DNA of 64,000 nt from contig JAGIQG010000040.1 of the NCBI GenBank assembly GCA_024679065.1, positions 3,596,001 through 3,660,000 of the forward strand, in the 5' to 3' direction. Both the position numbers and the translations under genes were made by a program. This DNA is from Sphyrna mokarran. Taxonomy: Eukaryota. The notes under the pieces were generated by a model that saw only the letters and a program-made list of their open reading frames with translations, ran no database searches and was not told the origin of the DNA. Below, in pieces: positions 22,905-37,395 of this stretch (its first letter is position 1; each line of letters opens with the position of its first letter).

Positions 22905-22965
22905 GGGCCAGTGGCGCAATGGATTACGGGTCAGAAGATTCCAGGTTCGACTCCTGGTTGGCTCA
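22905..22965 (+). pseudogene. tRNA-Arg(ACG) pseudogene
   Basis: GGGCCAGTGGCGCAATGGAT|TACGGGTCAGAAGATTCCAGGTTCGACTCCTGGTTGGCTC matches Arg-ACG with a ~12-nt deletion across the D and anticodon stems. Confidence 0.85.
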
Positions 22966-23629
22966 GAGCAAAATTTTAAAAGATGTTCACAATTTCCATG
23001 TTAATTTCGATGAAAAATGTTTTCAATAGCTTTACGCTTTTTCAGGTAAATGCTGACGAACAATTTTTTCAGCTTTTCTGGAGAAAGTAATGTTAGGAAA
23101 TTGTTTATGAATAGGAACCGACAATTTTTAAGTTAAATTCTTCGAAATAATTTCATTTAATAAGATTAGGACACTGAATAAATGCTAAACTCAAAAAACA
23201 TTTTGGACAAAATTCAACATGTCGAAGAGAATTTACACAATCTTGTAAAATTTGTGCCATAAAATTCAGCATTTGTGATTTTGGAGAAAGCATTTGAGGC
23301 CAAGGTCAGAGCAAATATAATATGTCTGTTACATCGAGATTCCGATAATATTCAGCACCAAACTGAAATCATACAGACTTCCCTCAACCTAGACATGTTT
23401 CAGATGTTGATTGACAATGTTAGTCTGTACCTAAACACATTAAATTGTGTTGTAGACTGGGCGAATTTCTGATATGTGCACAGTGCCAAATAGGAACGTT
23501 TCTTTCCAGGCACTGCGTCAAAACAATGCAGCATTTTTTATTTGACAAAAAACATTTGAGGCCGAGGCCAGAGCAAAGATAATATGGGTGTAACATCAAC
23601 ATTTGGATAATGTTCAGCAACAAAATGCC

Positions 23630-23900
23630 CCGACCATGCTTTAAGTTGCGAGGGGCAAGGTTTAAATGAGATTTACATGGCAAGTTTTTTGCACAGAGTA
23701 ATGGGTGCCTAGAACTCACTGCGGGGGAAGATAGTAGAAGCGGATACAGTAGTGATTTAACAAGTGCATGAATAGGATGAGAATAGAGCGATATGGTCCG
23801 CGGAAGGGTAGGGGGCTTTGACTAAGTCAGATAGCATGGTCGGTGAAGGCTTGAAGGGCCGAAGGGCCTATTACTGTGCTGTCATTTTCTTTGTTCTTTG
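23630..23900 (+). mobile_element. CR1 LINE 3' fragment
   Basis: CR1 3' sequence with a gggccgaagggcct tail. Confidence 0.7.
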
Positions 23901-26900
23901 TACTGCCTTTTTTTAAACCCAAAACTGAGTTTCATACCCTGTGCCTCTATATTTAACTACTGCATCTCTGATATCTCCTCCAGTCACACAATCCTGTCTG
24001 TACTGATCTTATTGTGGCATCATGAGTGTTCCACATGCAACATGACTTGCATCTATAAATTCTCAATTTGAACAACTCAATTGAAATTTCAAGGCAAGCA
24101 AAGCCTTTTGAACAGAATGATCCCCATTCCCATCACCTTTAATGTGAACAAGTTGTTTCTGAATACACTACAGGGGTTGTCTCTTAAAAAATGACTGAAC
24201 ACAGTAAGAGAATGTGAGAAGCTGGAATTTCCAGTTGAAGAAGCCCCAGTGCATCTGAACTGGAGAAGCCTTTCGGCAGAGACTGTGCTGCTGCTATTTT
24301 CTTTCCAGATCACAAGGGGTCGCTGTAACACGTCCGGGCGCTGCTACACCCAGTGTCACCTCTTGCCCCCTCCGGCTCAGCCGTTGATCGTCGGCGGAAC
24401 ATCTGGGGCCTGTAGAGGAATGGGGCCAGCCGCCATATTTCCATGACGTCACCATCAGCCCCATTCCCAGCCGTTTATTTTTAAACAAAGAGGAAAAAAC
24501 GACAGGTCAGAAATGTAGAAAGTGAGAGAAATTCCCGCCAGGAATTAAAATTAAATAAAATACGTATATTTTATAAAGAGGCAGGTGGCGGAAGCGCGCA
24601 TGTGCTGTAGTATTTCCCTAGAGCACAACGTGCTGGTATGATTGAAAGAAAAGACACAATAACAAAAAGAAACGATGTTCCCGAATTGAGAAGGAACCGA
24701 AAGTCTGACGGGTGAGGTGCGAATATAATGGTCAAGATTCAAAATATTAAAAGATTAAAATGTAACTGCCTGGGCGCATGTAAGGCAGTGGAATTCTCCG
24801 AGAGTGTAGCGTGCGGGACGCCGCCAAGCTGATGCGGTCCCCTCTGGCAACGCAAGATGGCCGCCGCCGTCTCCCAGGCAAAACAAGATGGCCGGCAGCC
24901 GTCTGCATTGGCAACGCAAGACGGCCGCCGCCGGCGATGAGTGATTGGACGCATGGGCAGTGAGGTCTGTCTGCAGCCCATTGTCCAGATTACCCCCAGT
25001 GGATGTGGTGGGGATGGTGCAGCAGATTGAGCAACAATCCCAGTTTCAATAGGAGTAGAGAAGCTGCAATGCTGCTCCCTGTTGTTTATTCTCCCCAATC
25101 ACAGCATTGCACAGCGTTTAAACAAGAGTGCATTGTCACAGCGGCGTCTTGATCTTAATTTGGAGTATCATAATGTCAAAGTGGAAGATAGGTAACACCA
25201 CCGTTTCTGAAACCTCACTGCAACCCCGCCCAATACACCCCCATCCGTTGCGGTGGGATTCGAACCAGGGAACGCAGAATATTAGCCAGTTTTCTGGATT
25301 AGTAGCCGAGTGACAATAACGTTAGCTCATCACCAACACTGAGACAAGCTCATGGGCTGAGGCTCCTTCAACACTACCTCCTGGATTCATCGCCAAGACT
25401 TAGAACAAAGAACAGGGAACAACAAAGCACGGGAAATAGGCCCTTCGGCCCAATGAGGCCACGCCGCCATTTTAACATTGTGAGTGCCCTCTTCTAGCTA
25501 TGACCTTTGTCTACGCCTATTGGACTCCACAAGAATGGAATCATAACCAGATTGAGGGGCGAGTAATTTAGGGACAATTTTTTTTTAGCACCAATCAACC
25601 TAAGAACACGTTTTTGGGAAGTGGGAGCACCTAGAGAAAACCCACGCAAGCACTGGGAGAATCTTGTATTCACACTCTCCTATCCTTGATCACTGACCAA
25701 ATCTGATGTAGTTATTCTCAAGGGTGTGACTGCCTCCAGAAACACAACAACTCACTAATGGTCCCCCTCCCTGATGTGCCGCAGATGAAAGCTCAGACTC
25801 CACCCCATCTGAATTCAGAAATTCAAATTCTGAATTCGACTTTCTCGAAGAACTAACACTTCCTACAGATTTGTTCACAAGCGAACACAAATGGGGCAGA
25901 AAGCTCCCACATCGTGAAACTACAATACATTACCTAGTCCTGCATCTTTATTTCATCTACTTAATTATAGTTTTAAACTTGTTGCTAATTTTCTACTTTG
26001 AGTTATTTTTTCAGTAAACTTGACAGATAGTATCCCACCAGCAAAAATCTAAATCCTCTTTTTATCTGTAAGAATTGGATTTTTTTTTCATTTATTTGTG
26101 GAAAATGACCTCACTGGCTGGCCAGCATTTATTGTCCATTCCTAGTTGACCTTGGAGGGCAGTTGAAAGTTAAATATATTTCTGTGGCTCTGGAGCACAT
26201 GTAAGCCAGACCAGGCAAGGACAGAAGGTTTCTTTCCCTAAATGACATTAGTGAAACAGATGGGTTTTTCTGACAATCGATAATGGTTTTGTGGTCATCA
26301 GACGATTTTTAATTCCAGATTTTTTTTTATTGAATTCAAGTTCCATCCGCTGCAATGACGGGATTTGATCCTGGGTCCCCAGAACATTAAGAACATCGGG
26401 AACACTCCCGGGCTACGGGATCAGCAGGAGCTACTCAGAAAATTCCCCCAGTTTTCCTTCCAAGGAATTACTCACCAATTCCATTGGTCGCATGTCACTT
26501 TCTGAACTGTAATGCCTGGGCGACACCTGCCTGCACTGGACTTGGTCGTAAGGGACCGGATAGTAAGGGACATAAGACACAGCAATACATCTTCACCCTC
26601 TTCTCTAAACTCCCAAACTTGCCCCAACTCTCAGTGCTTCACTCTCTGAAGCTTGCACTCTGTGGAGTTCGCTGAGCGAGCAGATTTCACTGGCCTCATT
26701 TGGTAGTTTATATTTGTGCATGTCAGCTCATGTACCTGCTTGAAGTCATTGCATACCTCCTCCTCTAAGTCGAAGTAACAGCCGAGGGCTGACAGCCTTG
26801 GAAGCCTCTTTTGGAGTTTCAATGCTGGGTTCGGACTCTCCCGCTCAGCCTCGGAAGTGAGTGGGATTCGGCAAACCACAGCTCGCCTCTTCCACCATGG

Positions 26901-29895
26901 GCTTTGTGGCCGAGTTCCCTTTATTGAGTGACAATGTGGTCAAGAGTCTAAGCCTGCTGTGTCCATTTCAGACTCTCAGGTTCCCATTGGCGGAAATGGT
27001 GAGCAGGAGCCAGAATGCCTGTAATTCTTTCTGGAGTATTCTATGTGCTGGGAACTGATTTTTCAGGCATGGCTTGGAGTTTCATAGCTTGTAGATGACA
27101 GAAGAATTCTCATTGGATTGCATCTCCCAAGCGGACTTGATAGGAAACTGGGACTGTCCTGGACTCAACCAGGGCCTCATAACTAAACGGATCATTTGAC
27201 ATGAATCTTTATTAATAATCTATCAACTGCCTTTAAGTGCCTCTCCTGGCTGGAGGGATCAGCACTGGGTGCCTTGATGCTTTGCCAACCTCCTGCCGTC
27301 GGGAATATCAGACTCAACCTTGGGTGGAGCCATCTTCCGATGAACATCTCTGGTGGGGCTAATCGGGTCGTTGAATGGGTGGTGTGTGGGGTGGGGTGGA
27401 GGGGTGTCATCCTGTTTCTGAAGATGAACCTGGATGGTTGGTGTCCAAGGAGGCTGTGGGTTGGTTTTCTGATGTGCAGAGTGACAGCTCTGGCCTTGTT
27501 GACATTACCAACAATGACTTACGGGCAAATATCTAGATTCATACTGGCCACAGACATGGCAACTTGAATGCCATGGTAAAATTCACATGGAATGGTGAAC
27601 GCGGGTCATAGTGACACTCTTGAGCCCCGTTGGATTGTGCCATCTTTCACAGTCAACTGCTCTCTGCCACTCCAATGTGGGTGCAATTCAGGCTGTTACA
27701 GCCTTCTGGTTTCTCCCAGCAGCACTAACTGCTTCAATTCTGCGCCAGCATCTCCACATCATGGCTACCATTGACACCACAAACTGCCAGCACCAAGTGG
27801 AGAGGATGTACAAGAAGATTGCAAATATCGATAGACATCACGCTGGCACCTCCATACCAATTCATTCAGGAATGGGTAATTTTGCCTTCACAACCACTTG
27901 GAATGTTTCAAAAAAGTTCAGGATTACCGTCTCTTCCATTGGGAGTATGACAAGTGTCTGTCAATCATCGCCAACTAAAGGCATCTGCCTCAGCGACTCA
28001 GCTCTTGGAGGGTGTTCCAATCAATAATGTTCGGCGGACAATAATAAAACCCACAGCTGTATATGGGCAGTGTTAAGAGCTGCACCACCATGCAGGTACT
28101 TCTGGAACATCTTTGCCCAACTATCACCATTGACGAGGTGTCACAATGGTTAGCACTGTTGCTTCATTATGCCAGAGACCTGGGTTCAATTCCTGGCTTA
28201 GGTCGCTGTCTTGCAGAGTCTGCACGTTCTCATCATACCTTGCGTGGGGTTCTTTTCTGGTTTCTCTGGTTTCCTCCCACAGTCTGAAAGACATGCTGGT
28301 TAGGTGCATTAGCCATGTTAAATTCCCCCTCAGTGTATCCGAAAAGGCACCAGTGTGTGAAGACTAGCCAATTTTCGCAGTGTTAATGTAAGCCTACATT
28401 TGACACTTTATAAATGTTAAACTTCCTCTGAGTATGTATTGTTGAATATCGCTGAGAATCCTCATCTCGCTGTCAGTGAAGTCCACAAGAACAAGTTCAT
28501 AATCGGAAATAAGAACTCTCCTGCCAGCTTTGAGTTGAAGTCCTCGATCAAAGGGATTGGCTACTTATCCAGCTGTGAGAAACAGTTTATCGTTTGTTTA
28601 AAGTTTAAAAGCTGGCCGGCCAGCAGTTATTGCCCATCCCTCGTTGCCCATGTTCAGAGGATAATTAAGTGTCATCCACATTGCTGTGACCGTGGAGTCA
28701 TATTTAGGATTGACTACGTAAGAACAACAGATTTCCATCCTTGAGATGTTGGTGAAACAGGTGGGATTTTTCCAAAAATCGACAATGGTTTTATGGTCAC
28801 CAGCTGATTCTGAATTTCAAATATATTTGTTCAAATTCCACCATTTACTGTGATAGGATTGCTACCTGGATGGCCAGAACATTAGCTAAGTTTCTGTATT
28901 AATAGTCTACTGATTAAACCACCAGTCCATCACATCCTCACTCTGAGTGTACACACCCTGAGTTCCGGTGACCTAGACACGCCATATTATATACATCTGC
29001 AGGGCTCACAAATTGGACAGCATTAACTGCCCCAATCAGAGAGTTCATATTCCAATAATTCCACCTAATGGTGATCGTTTAAATCATTAAATATATCTCT
29101 CTGCCTCTTTTTTGTCTTTCTGTGCATCTATCTATCTCTCTCTTTCTGCCGTGGTCTCTTGCTTCGTATGTTGCTCTGTGCCTCGACTGCCTTTTACTGT
29201 TGCTCTGCCTCTTCCTCAATCTCCTTTCCTTTACCCTCTTCCTTTGACTCTCCTGCCGCCCCGCAGTCTCATTTCGCTTGTCATGCTCCATCTTCATCTC
29301 CCTCTCCATCACCATAGTGGAACCTCTTCTCGTATCTCTCTCTCTCTCTCTACCTCACTATGTCTTTTGCTTTTGCTGTGTTATTGTATTCATTCAGTCT
29401 GACTCTTTCTCGTTCGCTGATGCTCTCTCTCTTTCACTATAGCTCTGTTTCTCTCTGCCTCTGACTATTCCCCAGTGCCTACTATTCTATCTTCCTTTCC
29501 CTTTTAACCTCCCTCTCCCTTTCTTATTACATCTTCCCATCTGTCTTCCCATGCCTCCGTTTTTCTTTCCATATCCAACTCCCCTGCTATTTTCCCCAAT
29601 CTCTATCGTTATCTCTCTCGCTGTGTGAGATTCTCTTATTGCCCTTTCACTCTGTCTCTCTCTTGGTCTTTCCGTTTCTTTCCATGTATCTGTTAGAAAC
29701 TCTTACAAAATCTGTCAATCTCCATGTGTTTGTATCCTTTCCTCTCTCTGTCAATCACTATGTTTCTATCACTTACACTGTTGATCACACTGCCTGTCCT
29801 CCCTACCTGTCACCTTTTGTGTCTCTGTGAGCTGTTTGTTATTTACAATTTGATGTTCAATAAGAAGTCAGTGGTCCTGTAGTTGTGGTTTCCTC

Positions 29896-32800
29896 TCAGG
29901 ATGTAATGAGTTGACGAATTGCAGTAAGAGGATATTTCAGCAGATCTTTTAGCTGTTGTCTGAATTGAGTCTGTGTCACAGCATAAATGGCAGTGTTTGT
30001 GCAGCAACTTGTGAGTTGCAGCATGAATCCCAATTCCATAACAAAATAATCTATCCATATTGACCGGAAACCCAAATCATACATCCGAAACCATAGAGAA
30101 TAAACCATTAATGTCGACCATAATAAGATGAAATTGGCAGAAATAACAAACAGTAAAATGATGGATTTCCTTCGACTCTCCATCTCTGGGTCTTTGGGAC
30201 TTTCCCCATTGCTTTGAATCCGGAGTCTCCTGCGGGCTCTGCTGCTCACTAAAATGTGCCTGATGGTAAGAGCATTGAGCAGCAGAATCAGAATGAATGG
30301 GACACATGGGGTTAGAATGTGGTGGAGGAACTCGATTGTTACCCAGATTGGAGATGCCACAAAATCATACATGGCCAAACAAAACCAGGGGACATTCCCC
30401 AGCCAATATGCTTCTAATAACATAAAATACCAGAAAATGTTCTTTAAACAGCTCAGCACTGTCACTGTTCCCAGAACCACAGCTGCCGATTTCTCACTGC
30501 AATATTTACTTTTTAGTTTAGGGCAGCAAATGGCCACAAATCGATCAAAGGTGAAAGTGACGGTGAACCAGACAGAAAAGTCAGTGACTGCATAAAGCAG
30601 GACGGCATGGATGTTGCACAAGGGGACTGCTAGCAGGAAACTAAACTGTTCTGGATAAACAATGGGAATGTGTCTCAATATTAGGTCGATGATAATGACC
30701 AGCAGATCCCCCACTGACATGGCCACCAGGTAATAAGTGACACATTTGGACAGACCACAGTTTCTGCTCGTCAGTGTCACAATTGTGATTATATTCACTG
30801 TAAAGAAGAAAATAAAAATTGAAATTAGACATGATTCGTGGAAGAAATTATCATTTAGACCGAGGATAGGTTAAAATTTAAAAAAATGTACACACACAGA
30901 AAAGATTTATTTTTAATCCAGCACATCTTTTGCAGTGTGAGAGGAAAATTGGGCATGTGAAGGAAACGCACTCAGAAACGGGGACAAGGTCCACACTCCA
31001 CACAGACACCGACACAACCTGCAACTGAACTGAGGTCCCTGATGCTGAGAGTCAGCAGTGTTAACCACTATGCCACTTTGCTGCTCCATGGTAGGGACAC
31101 AGCGTACATATTCCAGAGAATCCATAACATTGACCCTCACTCAGCTACAGGTAAATAGTCCCTATAACTTGTGAGGAATTTGGAGCGTAAGAAGGCTGAA
31201 AGAGTAAACCCTGACAGGAAATTCGGAGTGGAGTCTGTAGGTGGTAATCTGTCATGTCTTAGACACCCTATAGGCAAACACTGCAACAGGGCTGATACCA
31301 AACTGCGCTGGTTTCACCTTTTTCTCTGGAGAATATTAACAGTTGGCAAAAGGAGAACCCGATGCCTCAAAATTCAGACTATTATACTTACACAGAACTG
31401 TACCCTGGAGAGGAGACCACCGATTTATGGCCACACTACGCACAACGCAGGAAGAAATAGTAATTTCACACTCGACTGGCACAGAACTCAGGTACCAGGA
31501 TTTGCTTTCAAAAGTCGGAAAAAGCTTTAGGGTTCAGTGAATAGCTACCGTCGATAGTGCCCAATAAAGTTGCTGCTCTCCCATCTTCTTGCCTACTGGA
31601 CCATTGAAACTCAACGCGTCCTCTCTCAGTGGGAAAGTTGCTAATCTATGCATCAGGTAAGAAAAATCCAAATCAAGGCCGCTACAAAATAAAAGTCAAG
31701 CAGGCTGCTTTAATGACTGTCGTCCAGTTACTCCAGTATTCAATATTATGAAATGCATCATAAGTTTCGTCATGGTATAAATCAATTCCAGCAGCCCAGA
31801 TTGCCTGGATCCATTATAGTTCATCTACTCCACAAGTCCATAAATGCCATTTCCCTAGCCATGCAGTCAACCATGTAACTCGTGTTTATCATAGAGTCAT
31901 AGACGTTTACATCTTGGGAACAGGCCCGTTTGCCCAATTTTTCTATGCCATCCATTTTTTAAAACTCTAAACTAATCCTTCTTGCCCACATTTGGCCCAA
32001 ATCCCTCTATACCATCGCACCCATTTAACTATCTAACCACTTTTTAAAAGATAACATTGTACCCGCCTCTGCTACGACCTCTGGCAGATTGTTCCTGACA
32101 CTCACCAACATCTGTGTGAAGAAAAAAATGACTCTCTGGATTCTTTTGAATCTCTCCCCTCTCACCTCAAAACTATGCCCTCTAGTTTTAGACGTCCCTA
32201 CCTTTTGGAAAAGATATTGACTATCTGGCTTGTCTATGTCTCTCATTATTTTATAGACACCGATAAGGTCACCCCTCAACCTCTATGTTCCAGAGAGGAA
32301 AGTCCCTGTCAATTTAGCCTCTCCTTATAACTCAATCCATCAAATCCCCGTAGCATCTTTGCAAATCTTTTCTAGGCTCTTTCTAGTTTAATAATATTCT
32401 TTCTATAATAGAGTGACTAAAATTGCACACAGTATTCCAAGTGTGGTCTTATCAGCGTCTTGTACAACTTCAACAAGACGTCTCAACTTCTGCATTCAAT
32501 GTTCTGACCAATGAAACCAAGCATGCCGAACCCTTTCTTCACCACACTGTCAACTCCACTTTCAAGGAGCTTTGAATATGTACCCCTGGATCACCTTTTT
32601 TAATAAGTCTCTCCAATGCCCTCCCATTAACTCAGTAAGACCTGCCTTGGTTCAATCTACCAAAATGCATTATGTCGCACTTGTCTAAATTAAACTCCAT
32701 CTGCCATTCGTCATCCCATTGGACCAATTGACCAAAATCCTGCTGGAATTGCAGATAATCTTCCCTACTGCCAACCACGACACCAATCTTGTGACATCTG

Positions 32801-35800
32801 CAAACTTATTAACCATGTCTCCGATATTCTCATCCAAATCGTTAATATAACAGACAAATAACAGTGGGCACACCACCGAGCCCTGAGGCACACCACTAGT
32901 CACAGGCCTCCAGTTTGAAAAACAACCCTTTACAATCAACCTCTGGCTTCTGTCGTGAAGCCAATTTTGTATCCATTTACACAACTCAGCCTGGATTCCG
33001 TGAGATTTAATTTTCTGCAACAATCCAACATGCGGTACCTTGTCAAAGGTCTTGCTAAAGTCCATATAGACAAAATCAACTGCACTGCCCTCATTTACCT
33101 TTGTGGTTACCCCTTCAAAAAACTCAATCAAATTTGTGAGACATGATTTTCCACTCATAAAGCCATGCCAACTGTCCCTAGTGAGTCCTTACATCTCTAA
33201 ATGCCTGTCCATCCTGCCTTTCAAAATACCTTACAACAATTTATCCACCTCAAATGTGAGGCTAAATGTCTTTTAGTTCCCAGGTTTTCCCTACAGCCCT
33301 TTTTTAATCAAAGGCACAACATTTGCTAATTTCCATTCTTCAGGCACCTCACCCATGACTATCGATGATTCAAATATCTCTGCTAAGGAGCTCGCAATTT
33401 CCTTCCTAGCCTCCCACAACGTCCTAGGATATACCTCATCAGGCCCCGCAGATCTACCTACTTTGATGCACTTATAGACTTCCACCACCTCCTTCTCTAT
33501 AATATGTACACTCTTGAAGACATCAATATTGAATTCCTCAAGTTCCCTAACATATATGTTTTTCTAAATGGTAAATATTAATAAGAAATATTCATTTAGG
33601 ATCTCACCCATCTCTTGTGAATCTGCACATAAGTGATCTTGTTGATCCTGAAGAGGCCCCACTTTCTCCCTATTTAGTCTTTTGGTCTTTATGTATTTGT
33701 AGAAGCTCTTTGGATTCTCCTTTGACTTGTCAGCCAAAACAGTCTTGTCCCCGATTTCTCTCAGTTCTTTCTCTCCTAAACCCCCTCAACTTTTCAAAAG
33801 ATTCACATGATCCAGCTGTCTTTGCATGTCATATGCCTCTTTCCCTGATCAAAAGTGCAACTTCCCCTCCTCTCTAACCGCTTGTTGTATCTTTCCTATA
33901 ATATCTATACAACATTAAGCTGGAACATTAAATTGCCAATCCTGTCCCTCACTTAACCATGTTTCAGTATTTGCTCTAATATCTCATTCCCACGGACCCA
34001 TCGATCCCCTGAGTTCATCTGTCTTGCTCATCAGACCTCCTGCATTGAAATAAATGCAGTTTAATCTGGACTTCCCTTGCTCTCTATTTTGATTTTGCCT
34101 GAACTGAATGGTATTTGGATTACTGACAGTGCCTTTACTAATTAATATGCTGTCTTTAACTTCAGCGTTGTCCTCAAACTTCTCTTCTATATCCCTATTG
34201 CTTTGGATCCAACATCCTTGCCAAACTAGTTTAACCTCCCAATGGCTCCAGTAAATCTTATCTTCCCCCCAGGATGTTAGTCTCCCTCCAGTTCAAATAT
34301 AACCCATCCCTCATGAACAGCTCAGCCCTCCCCCAGAAACGATCTTAACGATTTAAAAATTTGAATCCCTGTCCCCTGCACGAGCTGTCAAGCCAGACTT
34401 TCATCTGCCAATCCTCCTATTCCTACTCTCATTTGCACGTGGTACCTGTAGTACTCCTGAAATTGCTACGTTCGAGTGCTGCACGTTAGCCTTCTGCCTA
34501 ACACTCTATATTCACATTTCAGGACCACATCCCTTTTCCAACAAATGCCGTTAGTACCATCATGTAGAACGACCTTTGGCTGCTCAGACACTCCCTTAAG
34601 AATGTCCTGCAATCGCTCAGAGTTCTCTTTGACCCTGGCACCTGGGAGGCAACACATCATCCTGGAGTTTTGATTGTGGCCACATAAAACATTTGTCCGT
34701 GCCTCGAACCAGCGAGTTCCCTATTACTACTGCTTGTTTGCTTTTTGTCCGACCCTTTCCCACAGCAGGGCAGCTGTGGTGTCATAGGTCTGGCTACTGC
34801 TGGTATCTCCCGCTAACAGGCTATCCTCCTCGTGAATGAGTTTTGGGTGGATATATGTGGATCCCTTAAGGCAACTAGACAGGTAGATGATGTGGTTGAG
34901 ATAATATGTAGGATACTTGGCTTTAGCAGCTGCAGCATAGAATATAAGAGCTGGGAGGTTATGATGGAAGTGTATAAAATACCAGTTAGACCACAGCAAG
35001 AATACTGTGTGCAGCTCTGGTCATCACACCACAGGAAGAATATAATTGTACTGAAAATGGTAGAGAGGAGATTCACCAGGATGCTGCGTGGGCTGAAGAA
35101 TTTCATGTATGCGAAATATATAGGCTGGTTGGTCTGGGCTTTTTACTTAGAGCAGAGATGGCTGGGGGAAACGGATACAGTGAATGGTAGTGGAGTGCTT
35201 TCAGTTGTGGGTAAGGGATCTCAGTAATATGTATAAAATTATGCTGCACATAGCTGAAAAAATGTTTTTCTCTTTAGTGGAGGTGTCAATAACCAGAGGG
35301 GCGTGGATTGAAGGTAACGGGCAGATTTCTGTGTGGATTTGACGAGAAATGTTCCCGTCCACAGGGTGCTGGAATCTGCATCGTAGGGCCTGAAGGGATG
35401 GTCGAAGCGGGAGCAACCACAAGAGGTATTTAGATCAGCCATTTATACACCAGTGCATACAAGGCTGTGAATCGAGTGCTGGAAAATGGGATTCGATTTT
35501 ATAGGTGTTTGATGATCAGTTCAGACATAATGGGCCAAAAGTGGGCCCATACGCCCCACTACCTTCAGCCCGCCTCCTGTCGACCTTGCCACCTCAGACC
35601 CAGTCCCCAGCACTGTCCAGTCGACAGTGTCCTGTGAGCATCTACATTTACCCTCCACCTTTGTCTCTGTCCTCAGTGGCACTCGGTTCCATTGCAGAAG
35701 CCACCACGACTCATCGTCATATACGAGGCCAGCTGTAGTCCTCACCAGACATAACTTCTCCTGGTGAGGCTGCAAAGGCAAGTATGCCGGACAAATACAT

Positions 35801-37395
35801 CCCAAGATTGTTAAATTTAATTAAGTTTGTTTTAAAATAAATTTCAATAATTTATTCAGCCTCTTGCCAGAAATGGGCAGGAGACTGAACCCGCTGTCTA
35901 TCCGTTGCCGGTGAAGGTTGCAAGAGGCGAGAAAGTAGGCGTGGACCTGAGTTGTAGTCTGCCACGCGGTTTTACGGCTTATCCTGCCACCAATGGCAGG
36001 GAACAGTTTTTATCCTGCTCCCTACCGTGTGTGTGTTCTGTGCGTCTATATTATCTTTGCTAGTACGCATGTGTGTGAGCGTATTCTTGTGTGAGCAACA
36101 GAATACCTGGCGAATGTCCCAAAGTGTGCATTATTTTGGTGTGTTACAACAATTTTGGCTCTTGATTTTGTGTGTGAGTGGGAGTATGTGCATAAATCTG
36201 ATTGCTTGTACCAGTAAATGTGCGTATTAATAGATGTGTGTTTGCGTGTGTCTGTGCGTCTGTGTGTTCCTGTGACTCCAGGAGAGTTTGTGGTGATACA
36301 GGGGATAGTGTTATTGCCTTATAGCACTTGGGGCGTGGATCAATTGCAGGTTTGCCTATTGTCTGTGCAGAGTCTTCACGTTCTCTCTGTGTGTCTGCGT
36401 GGGGTTTCCTCCCACTCTCTGAATGTTGTGTTGGTTAAGTGTACTGGCCATTCTCCCTCAGGATAAATTCTGAGAGTAAATTCTCCCTCAGTTTACCAGA
36501 ACAGGCGTTGAAGTGTGGCAACTTGGTGATTTTCACAGTAACTTAATTGCAATGTTGATGTTCATGTATTTGTAACACTGGTGAATTAATTTCAAATTTT
36601 ATGAAATATGGTCCCTTTCTGTGAGATCCTGCTGTGCATATATGCAATAAAATTGATTCTGCAGCCTGGTGATTGGGTGGGTGAGCTCGTGTTTTATGCA
36701 GAAGGGAAAAGGGGTTCTGTCTCAATCATTTGCTCACGATGGAAGAGCATTTGAGGTCACATGTCTATGGAAAGTCACAGTACAAAGAAGATATCCTAGA
36801 CCATAGGCCCCGACACAATTGTCAATGGCTGAAAGAATTAATAACTGAATAGAGGGGTTGAATAGAAACAACAACAGCAGCAAAGTACAGTAAATTCCAA
36901 AGAAATCAATAGAGTTAAATACTCTCCCCTAGAATTGGGAACTGGATACAGGGGACAGTACTTTACAGCCTCACTCTTTCACAAAATGCAAAATCCTGCC
37001 CGTCTTCAACAGACCTTCCCATTCTCCATACCTCGCTTCCTACGATTCCTGTGTGGTCGTGCCAGTAAAATTCCAGCCAGGGACTTACCTAGAACACCAA
37101 CAACAGCCAGAAGGGGATAGTAAAAACATTGAATCGCCTTCAGTAGATATTCAATCCGATCAGCTAATTTTATCCACGAAGCATCTGCAGTAAACTGAGA
37201 TACCCAATACAATAAAGTCCTATCCTCAGTTGAAATATTCTGATTCATTGTTACAACATTCCAGTTCATTGTACTCAGATTCTGATCCATTGTTGGAACA
37301 TTCCAGTTCATTGTTCCCAGATTCTGATCTATTGTTGTAACATTCTGGTACATTGCACTCAGATTCTGGTCCATTGCTGAGAGGTTCCAATCCAT
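29896..37395 (-). CDS. Class A GPCR, GPR139/GPR142-like, copy 1: exon 1 37395-37089, exon 2 30797-29896 (~402 aa)
   Basis: Exon 1 ends YYPLLAVVGVL+G|gtaagt (phase 1); acceptor ctttacag. Seven-TM features: TM1 GVLVN, TM2 MSVGDL, TM3 SVWFTVTFTFDRFVAIC, TM7 CTNTAIY. ORF intact. Confidence 0.9.
31890..34815 (-). mobile_element. Degenerate CR1 LINE (ORF2 RT plus ORF1 esterase-like remnants) in the GPCR intron
   Basis: ORFs 32685-33158 (SCLTNL.EFFE..YMDFSK.FD.VPH..GVPQGSV..FAD), 33291-33488 and 34466-34660 (CLPGARV..VVLHDGTN). Confidence 0.88.
34835..35530 (+). mobile_element. CR1 LINE 3' fragment
   Basis: ORF 34832-35227 (VRPQQEYCVQLWS..RRFTRML). Confidence 0.75.

Noticed and set aside
26400-28130. 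Several 60-138 aa ORFs
   Set aside because: No coherent gene structure. They look like mixed TE remnants (~27690-27840 may be a Penelope 5' fragment) and could not be classified confidently.
30254-30595. 113-aa plus-strand ORF (and identical copy at 54981-55322)
   Set aside because: Antisense shadow of the GPCR exon.
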